In this document: in pieces, positions 1 through 8,920 of the stretch
How positions within the stretch are numbered: position 1 is the first letter of the stretch
How the letters are laid out: each line of letters opens with the position of its first letter
NCBI GenBank assembly: GCA_944392425.1
Contig: CALXWM010000003.1
Coordinates: forward strand, 1-62,542
Length of the DNA stretch: 62,542 bases
DNA from: an uncultured Clostridia bacterium
GTDB taxonomy: Bacteria; Bacillota; Clostridia; TANB77; CAG-508
Direction: 5' to 3'
Notes under the pieces: model-generated
Told to the model about the DNA's origin: nothing
Databases searched by the model: none
What the model saw: only the letters and a program-made list of their open reading frames with translations
Made by a program: the position numbers and the translations under genes

Positions 1-145
1 CTTAATAATACTATAATAAATTATAGAATAATTTAAAAAACTTGTCAACATTTTTTACTATTTTTGACATAATTTTAACCAAAATTAACAAGTTTTTTAG
101 CTAAAATCTTGCTTATATTGATTAAACTGGGTCTAAAGAGAAATT

Positions 146-301
146 TTAACTTTTGACACATTTAATTTTTGCTTGCCTATAATATTTAGCAATTAACTCA
201 TCTAGCTGAATACTAATTTTATAAATTACGTCATAATTTTCGTTTCTTAGTATAGCTGAATCTAATTTTTCTCTTAATTCATTTATTTCATTATTTAACA
301 T
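146..301 (-). CDS. Spo0E-family-like small regulatory protein (51 aa, below ORF-track cutoff)
   Basis: Own minus-strand translation: MLNNEINELREKLDSAILRNENYDVIYKISIQLDELIAKYYRQAKIKCVKS*. ATG at 301-299, TAA at 148-146, purine-rich 'aaagaaagga' just upstream. Size and the S-x-x-LD-x-LI helix pattern resemble Spo0E aspartyl-phosphate phosphatases. Confidence 0.5.
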   Translation of the reverse strand: MLNNEINELREKLDSAILRNENYDVIYKISIQLDELIAKYYRQAKIKCVKS

Positions 302-465
302 ATAAATTAATCCTTTCTTTAAAATGCTTGAGCAAAAAGTTACTTTAAATGTTATTATGATTTTAAAATGTATTATTTATTTACAACTCTATAATAAAAA
401 TACCATTATTTTACAAAAAAGTCAATATTATTTTGCTATTTTTTGGAGATTTTTGTAATTCTTAA

Positions 466-482
466 TTCGACAAATTTTGACA
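466..482 (-). promoter_or_regulatory. Tandem Spo0A-box-like heptamers (TTCGACA, then TTTGACA 10 bp later)
   Basis: TTCGACA (466-472) is the exact reverse complement of the 0A-box consensus TGTCGAA. TTTGACA (476-482) is a one-mismatch copy one helical turn away. Both lie between the Spo0E-like gene and the T4SS-like operon. Confidence 0.25.
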
Positions 483-488
483 TGAAAT

Positions 489-578
489 GGTTACAATTCA
501 CAGTTTGTCTATTTTGCTAAAGCTACAATATATGTTCCAGAGCTTTAGGTATAAAAAATAAAGTTGTGAATTGTAACC
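489..578. repeat. Palindromic MITE/REP-like intergenic element, copy A
   Basis: Terminal inverted repeats ggttacaattcacag (489-503) and ttgtgaattgtaacc (564-578). Inner palindrome ctaaagct...agctttag. Related copies lie at 32280-32489 and 50789-50870. Confidence 0.7.
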
Positions 579-617
579 AATAAAGGTCTAATTTTTCAAA
601 AAAAACGCTAAAAATAC

Positions 618-647
618 TTGCATTATAAAGGCAAAAAATTGTATAAT
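618..647 (+). promoter_or_regulatory. Candidate sigma-A promoter of the T4SS-like operon
   Basis: TTGCAT (618-623), 18-nt spacer, TATAAT (642-647) with TG immediately upstream. About 90 nt before the first gene. Confidence 0.4.
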
Positions 648-735
648 AAAATAGATGTAAAATATCAAATGCATAATTGGCAAATTAAATAAATAACAAA
701 ATAATAAAAACATGTAAATTTCAGGGAGAAAATTA

Positions 736-1101
736 ATGAAAAACAAAAAAAATCTATTTAAAAAAATAACAGTTTTTGCACTAGCCTTACTAAGTGCTTT
801 CATAGGCAATAGTGTTTATGCTGGAATATCATTACCATCAAATATGAGCAGTATATATTCAAACAATGATCCAGTAGCATCATCTATAGGTGGACAAATA
901 ATTTGGGTAGCACAAATAATTCTATATGCAGCAGCAGTTATAATTGTTATATTTGCAGGAGTTAAATACATGGGAGCAGCACCAGAAGCAAAAGCAGAGT
1001 TTAAGAAAAAACTAATATACATGACTGTTGGTGCAGTTATTTTATTTGCAGCAGGTTCACTGGTAAGAATAATTGGCGGAATTGCATTGAACAACTTATA
1101 A
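736..1101 (+). CDS. VirB2/TrbC-like T4SS pilin candidate 1 (signal peptide plus two-helix hairpin)
   Basis: Signal peptide ending SVYA|G. Two hydrophobic helices are joined by the short charged loop GAAPEAKAEFKKK. 121 aa, first gene of the operon. Confidence 0.6.
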   Translation: MKNKKNLFKKITVFALALLSAFIGNSVYAGISLPSNMSSIYSNNDPVASSIGGQIIWVAQIILYAAAVIIVIFAGVKYMGAAPEAKAEFKKKLIYMTVGAVILFAAGSLVRIIGGIALNNL

Positions 1102-1183
1102 AAAAATTACAAAATTTATAAAAATAATTAAGGAAAGGAGAGTATGCTGTATTTAAGTCGTTAAATATAACATACAAGGATAT

Positions 1184-1564
1184 ATGAAAAAAATTCTAAA
1201 AAAATCAATAGCACCTATTATTACATTAATGGCAATAATGTTTAACAACAAAGTATTTGCATTTGGAGATATAAAAGAAGATGGAGATAGCTTTATAAGT
1301 AAAGGAAGTACATCAAGCCCAATAACTGTACAAGAAGCATGGGACAACCTTTTACCAATTGCACAAATATTATTAGCAATTGCATCAGTAGTATTAGTTA
1401 TTGCATATATGTATTTAGGAATTCAATACATGATAACAGATCCACAAGGAAAAGCAGATATTAAGCAAAAACTAATAGGATTAGTTTTTGCAACAGTAAT
1501 TATTTATGGTGGAATAGGAATATTTACAGTTATCATTAACCTATTCAATTCAATTTTTGCATAA
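1184..1564 (+). CDS. VirB2/TrbC-like T4SS pilin candidate 2 (paralog of 736-1101)
   Basis: Signal peptide ending KVFA|F and the same helix-loop-helix layout (YLGIQYMITDPQGKADIKQKLIGL). 126 aa. Confidence 0.6.
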   Translation: MKKILKKSIAPIITLMAIMFNNKVFAFGDIKEDGDSFISKGSTSSPITVQEAWDNLLPIAQILLAIASVVLVIAYMYLGIQYMITDPQGKADIKQKLIGLVFATVIIYGGIGIFTVIINLFNSIFA

Positions 1565-1579
1565 ACAAAGGAGGAAGTT

Positions 1580-2032
1580 ATGGGAAGTTACTATATACCA
1601 AGTAACAATTTAAAAGGAGAAAGTAGAATATTATACATATTCACAGCTAAGTCATTAATCTTTACAGCCGTGGGAGCTATGGTTGGATTAATATTTTACT
1701 TTATATTTGGAGTTTTGCTAGGAATAAGCATATTAGGATATATAAGTATAGGTATATGTGCCCTAATTGGATATGCAATAGCAACATTTAAAATTCCAGC
1801 AGGAGGAAATTCAAAGCTTGCGAAAAATGTTGGTGGTGATTCAATAGATGATATTATAAAAAGATATATACTATTTAAGAAGAACAAAAAAGTTTATACA
1901 TATGCAATAGATAGAGAAGAACCAGATTACAATAGCGCAATGGACAACTTCTCATTAGACAATATAATGGGAAAAATAACAGGTACATCAAAGAGCAGAA
2001 AGTCAAACACAATTACAAAGGAGGAAAAATAG
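1580..2032 (+). CDS. PrgI/TcpE-like (VirB3-analog) two-TM protein
   Basis: SD aaaggagg upstream. The N-terminus IPSNNLKGESRILYIFTAKSLIF is followed by two TM helices. It sits just upstream of the VirB4-like gene, as in Gram-positive T4SS loci. Confidence 0.5.
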   Translation: MGSYYIPSNNLKGESRILYIFTAKSLIFTAVGAMVGLIFYFIFGVLLGISILGYISIGICALIGYAIATFKIPAGGNSKLAKNVGGDSIDDIIKRYILFKKNKKVYTYAIDREEPDYNSAMDNFSLDNIMGKITGTSKSRKSNTITKEEK

Positions 2033-2033
2033 T

Positions 2034-3221
2034 ATGGATACAGTTCAAATGCTTAATCTTATATTAATAGTTATTCTAATTCTTATTTTAGTATTAGGTT
2101 TTATAGCAGCCATTTTAATATTTAAAATGAGAAAAAAGAAAGAACCTCAAAATAACAATATACAAGTGCAAAATCAAGGACAATCTCAAGCTAAGCCAAA
2201 CTTAATTACTAGAGATGGTAAAGCAATAGATTCTATATATAAATTCATGGAATTTGATGAAGTTTTGGACAACATGATAGTTAGAAAAGGAAGAAAGCAA
2301 TATGTTATGGTTATAGAATGCAAAGGTATAAACTATGACTTATTATCAGAAGACGAAAAAAATGCAGTAGAATCAGGATTTATAGAATTTTTAAATACTC
2401 TTAGATTTTCAATACAATTATATGTACAAACAAGAAAACTTAATTTTGATGAATTGATAAATAATTATCATAACAAAATACATGATATAGATAATCAAAT
2501 ATCAAGACTTAATACACAAATAGAAAATGCAAAAAGAAATGGAAATAATGATTTAGTAGCAAAGCTTGAATTTGAAAGAAATAGAAGACAAAACATACTG
2601 GAATATGGAGAATCAATTACAGATTACACAGAACGACTTAGTGAAAGCAAAAATATATTACAACAAAAAACATATATTATTATTTCATACTATACAGCAG
2701 AATTTGGAGACACAAGCAATTATTCAAATGATGAGATAGATGATATAGCATTTTCAGAGCTTTATACAAGAGCACAAACATTAATTAGAGCATTAGCATC
2801 AGCAGAAGTAACTGGTAAAGTTCTTAGTTCAGAAGAACTAATGGAACTACTATATGTAGCATACAACAGAGAACAATCAGAAATATACACACTTAGAAAT
2901 GCTTTAAACTCTGAATATGACAAATTATATTCAACAGCAAGAGACGTAATGGAAGAAAAGAAAAACAGAATTGACAGACAAATAGAAGCAGATGCTGCAA
3001 AACTTGCTTCAAAGAGTATTATAGATGCTGATAAGGAAGAAATGCAAAAAAGAAGAAAAGAAGAGCAAATAAAACAAAAAGCATTAGAAATGGTTGAGGA
3101 GTATAAAGGCGACATGAGTAAACCTTTATATGAGGCTGCAAAACAAAAAGTTCAAAATGCTAATGTGGAAGAGGCAATTCAAGATAAACCTAAGAGAAGA
3201 GTTATAAGAAAAAATGTGTAA
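2034..3221 (+). CDS. Membrane-anchored coiled-coil protein with a VirB4-N-terminal-like segment
   Basis: N-terminal TM (LILIVILILILVLGFIAAILIF). The segment MIVRKGRKQYVMVIECKGINYDLLSEDEKNAVESGFIEFLNTLRFSIQLYVQTRKL resembles the N-domain of Gram-positive VirB4 proteins. Long charged coiled-coil tail and a strong SD. Confidence 0.4.
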   Translation: MDTVQMLNLILIVILILILVLGFIAAILIFKMRKKKEPQNNNIQVQNQGQSQAKPNLITRDGKAIDSIYKFMEFDEVLDNMIVRKGRKQYVMVIECKGINYDLLSEDEKNAVESGFIEFLNTLRFSIQLYVQTRKLNFDELINNYHNKIHDIDNQISRLNTQIENAKRNGNNDLVAKLEFERNRRQNILEYGESITDYTERLSESKNILQQKTYIIISYYTAEFGDTSNYSNDEIDDIAFSELYTRAQTLIRALASAEVTGKVLSSEELMELLYVAYNREQSEIYTLRNALNSEYDKLYSTARDVMEEKKNRIDRQIEADAAKLASKSIIDADKEEMQKRRKEEQIKQKALEMVEEYKGDMSKPLYEAAKQKVQNANVEEAIQDKPKRRVIRKNV

Positions 3222-3247
3222 CTAAAGAATAGGAGGATTTTCTAAAT

Positions 3248-5200
3248 ATGAAGAAAAAAAATAATGAGCAAAGTACAAATGTTGCAAATAACACAAAACA
3301 AGAAAGAAGCTTTGTGGATAATGCAAAAGATTTAAAAGACTTAATTGCACCATCAGGAATAGATGCAACTAGTACTAATAGACTAGAAATAGTATCAGCT
3401 ACTAGCAAATATGCAAGAACAATGTTAGTTTCAACATTACCTAGAATGTGTACCTTTCCACAGTTATTAAGAGGAATGTATACTTTTGGAGATGTAAACG
3501 TATCTGTATATATTACTCCTATAAGTGAAGCAAAATCACAAAATGAACTTAATAGAACAATAAATGAACTTGAATCAGAAAGAATAGTTGCACAAGAAAG
3601 AGGACAAATAAACAGGGAAAGCTCATTAGCACAAAAAAGAGCAGAAGCAGAAGAACTTAGAGACGCAATTGCTAGCGGTCTAGATAAATTATTTGAAGCT
3701 TCAATTATATGTACTTTATATGCATATAGCATAGAAGAACTAGACAAACAAACTGAACTTCTATCTTCAGAAATGGCAAAAACACTAACTGGTATGAAAA
3801 CAGCTTGGGCAATGCAAGAAGACGCATTTAAATCGAATTTACCATTAGGCGAAGATAAAATAAGAAAAGTACATACATTTGATCGTAGATCTATGGCAAC
3901 AGTATTCCCATTTATCAACTCAGATGTTGGCCACGAAAATGGTATACCAATAGGATTTAATAGACAAACAGGTCTGCCAATACTTTATGATAACTTTAGT
4001 CCATCACTTAGCAATTACAACATGGTCGTATTTGGTAAATCTGGTGCTGGTAAAGGTGTTACAATCAAAACTCTAATTGCAAGATCAGCAGTGCTAATGG
4101 GAATTGAAAGTTTAGCACTAGATGCTGAAGGCGAATATGGAGTTGTTGCAGATGCACTTGGTGGACTTAATGTAGTAATATCACCAAGTTCAAATACAAT
4201 AATAAATCCATTTGATATAGAACCAGAAATAACTAGAGATGAAATAACTGGTCGTGAAAAAGTAGTTCTAAACGTAGAAAATAAAGTCGAGGACGTTACC
4301 CAGATTTTGCTTACAATGGCAAGAGGTAGTACAAGAAGTGAAGACGTAAACGAGGTAACAAAACAAATTATAGCTGAAGCCGCAGCAGAAGAATATGCAT
4401 CTCTTGGCATTACAAACGATGTTAACTCATTATACGAAAGAAACATAAATGGCATAGTTCAAAACAACTATCTAGGAAGAACCAAAAAGAAAATGCCAAC
4501 TATAGGCTCATGGTATAGAAGATTAGTGACAAATGCCAGTCAAAACACAAATCCAGACTATAGAGTTCATTACAGCTATTTAGTAAAAGTTATGAAGCAA
4601 TATGTAAGAGAACTTAACGGACAAATGGCATACTTTGATGGTCAATCAACATTTGATTTATTAGAAGGTACATCTTTTATAAATCTAGATATATCAAATC
4701 TTGAGGAAAGATTTGCAAGACCGCTAGCCCAACAAATACTTTTATCTTGGATTTGGGAAAAATATGTTAAGAAAAATAGTGAAGACAAAACAAAAGCTGG
4801 AAAAAAACGTGTATTAGTTGATGAAGCCTGGATGCTTTTACCTTATCCAGAAGCTGTTGACTTCTTAAATAAAATGGCCAGACGTGCAAGAAAAAGAAAT
4901 GTATCATTAGCTGTTGTATCACAGAGATTCCAAGACTTCTATGAAAAATCAGAAGTACAAGCAGTTTTAACATCATCAGATACAAAACTATTTCTAGCAC
5001 AGGATAAATCAGAAATACAGTATATAAAAGAAGTATTTAAACTAAGTGAGGGAGAAGCAGGCTTCTTGACCACTTGTAGTAGAGGACAAGGACTATTCAA
5101 AGTAGGAGAACAAACTGCAATAATAGAAATTGTCCCAACAAAGAAAGAATTTGAATTTATAGAAACAAACATAAATAAATTAAAAGAACAGCAAGCATAA
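3248..5200 (+). CDS. VirB4/TraC-like T4SS ATPase
   Basis: 650 aa. Walker A VVFGKSGAGKGVT, Walker B KRVLVDEAWMLL. N-domain pattern IAPSGID...YARTMLVSTLPR...VSVYITPI. SD aggagg. Confidence 0.8.
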   Translation: MKKKNNEQSTNVANNTKQERSFVDNAKDLKDLIAPSGIDATSTNRLEIVSATSKYARTMLVSTLPRMCTFPQLLRGMYTFGDVNVSVYITPISEAKSQNELNRTINELESERIVAQERGQINRESSLAQKRAEAEELRDAIASGLDKLFEASIICTLYAYSIEELDKQTELLSSEMAKTLTGMKTAWAMQEDAFKSNLPLGEDKIRKVHTFDRRSMATVFPFINSDVGHENGIPIGFNRQTGLPILYDNFSPSLSNYNMVVFGKSGAGKGVTIKTLIARSAVLMGIESLALDAEGEYGVVADALGGLNVVISPSSNTIINPFDIEPEITRDEITGREKVVLNVENKVEDVTQILLTMARGSTRSEDVNEVTKQIIAEAAAEEYASLGITNDVNSLYERNINGIVQNNYLGRTKKKMPTIGSWYRRLVTNASQNTNPDYRVHYSYLVKVMKQYVRELNGQMAYFDGQSTFDLLEGTSFINLDISNLEERFARPLAQQILLSWIWEKYVKKNSEDKTKAGKKRVLVDEAWMLLPYPEAVDFLNKMARRARKRNVSLAVVSQRFQDFYEKSEVQAVLTSSDTKLFLAQDKSEIQYIKEVFKLSEGEAGFLTTCSRGQGLFKVGEQTAIIEIVPTKKEFEFIETNINKLKEQQA

Positions 5201-5214
5201 TATGGGGTGTTTTA

Positions 5215-6384
5215 ATGATAAAAAAAGTAATAGTGACACTATCAATTATAATTACATTAATAGCTCTCATAACACCTAAAGCTTTGGCGGGAGATTTGAT
5301 AGATATTCCAGACAGTAAAACAGATCCAGAAGAATCGTTTAATCAGCTTTTAGACGGTGAAGCAACAGTTACTTCAGATGATGAAGACTCTAGCGTACAA
5401 TCACAAGTTGTCGGAATAGGGGTGTCTGAATCACAATCAGCATCATTAATTGGAGGATTTGTATCAGTTGCAGGAGTTATACCAGATATGATAAGCAGAT
5501 TGCTTTCAGCTGTAGCTTTAGGTGATAGGGCAAATATGGAGGATAATACGCAAATAAGTGAATTCTTTACAATAGGAGATTTACTTACAAACAAGTATCC
5601 TCTATTTAACATAAATATATTTGAGGAAACACCTAGTGGACCTAATTCAAAGCTATCAAATTCAATAAAACAAAATGTTGCAATATGGTATGTAGCTATT
5701 AGAAACATTGCTGTAGCGGGATGTGCCGTCACACTACTGTATGTTGGTATAAGAATGGCAATAGCTCAGACTGCAGAAGATTCAGCTAAATATAAAAAAA
5801 TGTTAATAAGCTGGTTTGTTGGAGTTATTTTATTATTTTTAATGCATTACATAGCTTTAATTATGATAAAGATAACAGAAATATTTACTACATTAATAGT
5901 AAATGCCGTTGGAAATGATACAAATATTACGGAAATGGAAGTTACAATGCTCACAAAAATTCCAGATGACACTGCAAAAGCAGAAGGCTGGGGCAAGCTA
6001 ATATATTTAATAATGAACTTTGTACTAGTATTCTACCAACTAAAATTTTTTATAATGTACTTGTTCAGGGTGTTAAAAATATTTATACTAACAATAGTAT
6101 CTCCACTTATGTGTGTTACATATCCAATAGATGCAATGGGAGATGGAAAAGCACAAGGGTTCAACAATTGGTTTAGAAGGGTAATGATGGAAATATTTAT
6201 TCAACCAATTCATTTAGTTATTTATATAGTGTTTATATATTCAGCAGGAGAAATTGCAAAAACACAACCGTTAATAGGAATAATTTTCATAATAGCACTA
6301 GACTACTCTGAAAAAATTGTAAGAAACGCATTTAAACTAAAAGGAAAAGGACTAAAAGATATAAAATTGCCTTGGAAAAAATAA
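5215..6384 (+). CDS. VirB6-like polytopic membrane protein, paralog 1
   Basis: Signal peptide plus about 6 TM helices. It shares the signature VAIWYVAIRN...LYVGIRMAI...AKYKKML and a second block SPL..TYPIDAMGDGKAQ..NNWF with 8921-11056 and 11072-13669. Confidence 0.55.
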   Translation: MIKKVIVTLSIIITLIALITPKALAGDLIDIPDSKTDPEESFNQLLDGEATVTSDDEDSSVQSQVVGIGVSESQSASLIGGFVSVAGVIPDMISRLLSAVALGDRANMEDNTQISEFFTIGDLLTNKYPLFNINIFEETPSGPNSKLSNSIKQNVAIWYVAIRNIAVAGCAVTLLYVGIRMAIAQTAEDSAKYKKMLISWFVGVILLFLMHYIALIMIKITEIFTTLIVNAVGNDTNITEMEVTMLTKIPDDTAKAEGWGKLIYLIMNFVLVFYQLKFFIMYLFRVLKIFILTIVSPLMCVTYPIDAMGDGKAQGFNNWFRRVMMEIFIQPIHLVIYIVFIYSAGEIAKTQPLIGIIFIIALDYSEKIVRNAFKLKGKGLKDIKLPWKK

Positions 6385-6473
6385 CAATTAAAAAATAAAC
6401 GATTATAAAAAATTAAAAATTGGTTTATAGGTAATACCATAAAAAACCTAAATAATAAATAAGGAATAAAAAG

Positions 6474-7952
6474 TTGAAAAAAAAGAAAGTCTTAATTATT
6501 TTAACTATAATACTAATTATAGCAATTATAATAATAGCCAAAATTACTATAGACGCTAATAAACCAAAAACGTCGATAAATGACTTTTCATCTGTCAAAG
6601 AACTAATAGAATTTGATGGACATACATACATATCAATGCAAAATTCTACAGAGGAAGGCTATGAAAAAGACATATATATTAGTTTTAGTAAACCAACCAT
6701 AAATGAAGATGGTGAAACAAACAAAAATTTGTACGAAATAGTTATAAGCCATGTGGCTGGAATGCTAAAAGGGCAAAATTTTAGAATGATAGACACAGAA
6801 AAAAACGTAGTAGTAAAAATTAAATTTGATGAAAATAAAAATGTTAATTTTTATACCATAAATGATGACTCAAAGTACTGGGAACATATAAAATCAAATC
6901 ATCAAATAGATAACTACACTAATGAACCATTAACAAGTATGACAATTACTTCACAAGTTTTAGCCAATATTATAAATAATAATTGGATATATAACAATAT
7001 TAATCTAGGAACAAAAGAAAGTGCTGTAGATAATTACGAAATTTATTTTGATGAAGGTTACAAAGTAAGAAAACTAGGCTCAGAAATATATAACATTATA
7101 TTTACAAAAAATTATACCTCTGAATTGTTAAGCGGAATAAATACCACAACTAGTGTAGAAAATGTGGAAAACATACTTGGAAAACCTACATATGAAGATG
7201 ATAATAATGGAATAATAGGGTACAAATGTGAATATTTCTATATATTCTTTACAGGAGATGAAATCTCAATATATCATCCAGATGAATATAATGAAGCAGA
7301 TAGTCAAAGATTTGGTAGGCTAGTAACCGAATTAAATCAAACAGGAGATATGAATACATTTTTAAACAGACTAACAAATCTTTATCCAAATTATGCTTCT
7401 TATTATACAAATAACAACTATGTAAACATTGTATATCCATTACAAGGATTTGAAGTTACAATGGGGGCTTCAAGTAATAATGGAATTACAATATATAGCA
7501 ACTTTCAAGGAAATATAACAGACAGTATAACAATAGATGATTTAAAACAAAACAAGCAAATGCCAGCAAATGTTTATACTAGATTGGATACAAATTTGGT
7601 ATTTAGTGAAGAAATGCAAAGAAAAATAATGGATGATTTTAATAGGAACCCATATGATGGAGCTTATTTAATACAAACTGATGATTATACAATAAGAAAT
7701 CAAAATAATACATATATTTTTTATTCAAGAGATAAAACTAAAGTTGACTCAACATTAACAATAAACAACTTTAATAATATGGTTTCATATAATCAAACAA
7801 CTTTTGTTTATGGAGTAACAAATGATGGCATATATGTGTATAATGCAGAAAGCATGACCAGTTCAAAAATTGCTGAAGGTCAAGGAAACTTTAATATAGA
7901 TAAAATAGAAAACAATACAATATATTATGATAACACATCTGTAAATTTTTAG
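6474..7952 (+). CDS. N-terminally anchored, Asn-rich extracytoplasmic protein of unknown function
   Basis: TTG start after aagga. A single N-terminal TM (VLIILTIILIIAIIIIAKI) is followed by about 460 aa of soluble domain. No motif recognised. Confidence 0.6.
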   Translation: MKKKKVLIILTIILIIAIIIIAKITIDANKPKTSINDFSSVKELIEFDGHTYISMQNSTEEGYEKDIYISFSKPTINEDGETNKNLYEIVISHVAGMLKGQNFRMIDTEKNVVVKIKFDENKNVNFYTINDDSKYWEHIKSNHQIDNYTNEPLTSMTITSQVLANIINNNWIYNNINLGTKESAVDNYEIYFDEGYKVRKLGSEIYNIIFTKNYTSELLSGINTTTSVENVENILGKPTYEDDNNGIIGYKCEYFYIFFTGDEISIYHPDEYNEADSQRFGRLVTELNQTGDMNTFLNRLTNLYPNYASYYTNNNYVNIVYPLQGFEVTMGASSNNGITIYSNFQGNITDSITIDDLKQNKQMPANVYTRLDTNLVFSEEMQRKIMDDFNRNPYDGAYLIQTDDYTIRNQNNTYIFYSRDKTKVDSTLTINNFNNMVSYNQTTFVYGVTNDGIYVYNAESMTSSKIAEGQGNFNIDKIENNTIYYDNTSVNF

Positions 7953-7961
7953 GAGGAGTAG

Positions 7962-8858
7962 ATGAACTTATTAAAAAAGATAGCTAAAAAAACATTAATA
8001 TACATCTTAATAGTTCTTACGATATGGCTAGCATGCACTCCTAAAGCAACATTTGCAAGCGAAACAAGTACTGGAGCAACTACAGCAGATGCTTCAACTA
8101 TGACAGAAGAACAACTTAGAGACAAATTTGCTAATGATATTGTAAACTTTTACAATCAACACGGTTCTCAATGTAGTTATAGTGTAAGTGGAAGAACAGC
8201 TACCTATAAAAATGATTTGGGACCAAATGCAGGAAGTTACCAATTTGACTGTGTTGGATGGGTAAGCTGTGCTTTTCATTGGTTCATGGGTTTAGGCAAT
8301 GAATTTTTTACATTTTTTGTTGATCCAACGCCACCACTATATATCGATGATGGCACACATTTTCAAAGAATTGATGATATAAGCCAAGCCCAAAAGGGTG
8401 ATGTGCTAGTTGCTATTGACCAGCATGTTGCTATATATATAGGAAATGGACAAGTACTAGATATGTATCAAGATCAATATGGTGGACTAGGAATAAGAAA
8501 TATGAATAGTACATATAACTGGGATTTCGTAGCACATTTATATAGCTTTGAAGGTGTTACTTTTACTCCTATAGAGGGTGGCTCAGAATTGCCAGAAGAA
8601 GGCGAAGAAAGTGGAAACTGGGATGTAGAAGAAGTTGACTTAGATGCTATAGCTGATACATTTGTTTTTGATGGTATGCCACCAACAATAATATATCAAG
8701 AAGAAAAAGTAGATGTATTTAGATGGATATTTGATGGAATAAGCGGATTTATGGACTTTATAGCAGGATTACTAATATCATTTATAAAAATGCCAATACT
8801 AGGGTTTGCAGCAATGTTTGACAACTTTATAGATTCACTAATAAGTGGAATGAACTAG
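7962..8858 (+). CDS. NlpC/P60-family cell-wall hydrolase with C-terminal membrane segment
   Basis: Signal peptide. Catalytic Cys context YQFDCVGWVSCAF and His context GDVLVAIDQHVAIYIGNGQVLD. Hydrophobic C-terminus. SD aggagg. Confidence 0.75.
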   Translation: MNLLKKIAKKTLIYILIVLTIWLACTPKATFASETSTGATTADASTMTEEQLRDKFANDIVNFYNQHGSQCSYSVSGRTATYKNDLGPNAGSYQFDCVGWVSCAFHWFMGLGNEFFTFFVDPTPPLYIDDGTHFQRIDDISQAQKGDVLVAIDQHVAIYIGNGQVLDMYQDQYGGLGIRNMNSTYNWDFVAHLYSFEGVTFTPIEGGSELPEEGEESGNWDVEEVDLDAIADTFVFDGMPPTIIYQEEKVDVFRWIFDGISGFMDFIAGLLISFIKMPILGFAAMFDNFIDSLISGMN

Positions 8859-8920
8859 AAAAGCACATAAAATATCAATTGATATTAAAAAATGCAAAAT
8901 AATAAGAAAGGAGAATCAAT

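Noticed and set aside
588-809. 73-aa minus-strand ORF overlapping the promoter region and the start of the first pilin gene.
   Set aside because: It overlaps a better-supported plus-strand gene and a promoter-like region. It has low-complexity Phe/Ile composition and no SD.
3202-3918. 238-aa minus-strand ORF inside the VirB4-like gene. Similar antisense ORFs occur at 2762-3115, 4015-4455, 5343-5732, 9223-9657 and 10684-11157.
   Set aside because: They lie entirely antisense to well-supported genes. They have Ser/Leu/Ile/Phe-rich composition typical of the complement of Lys/Glu/Asn-rich AT-rich coding DNA, and no SD.
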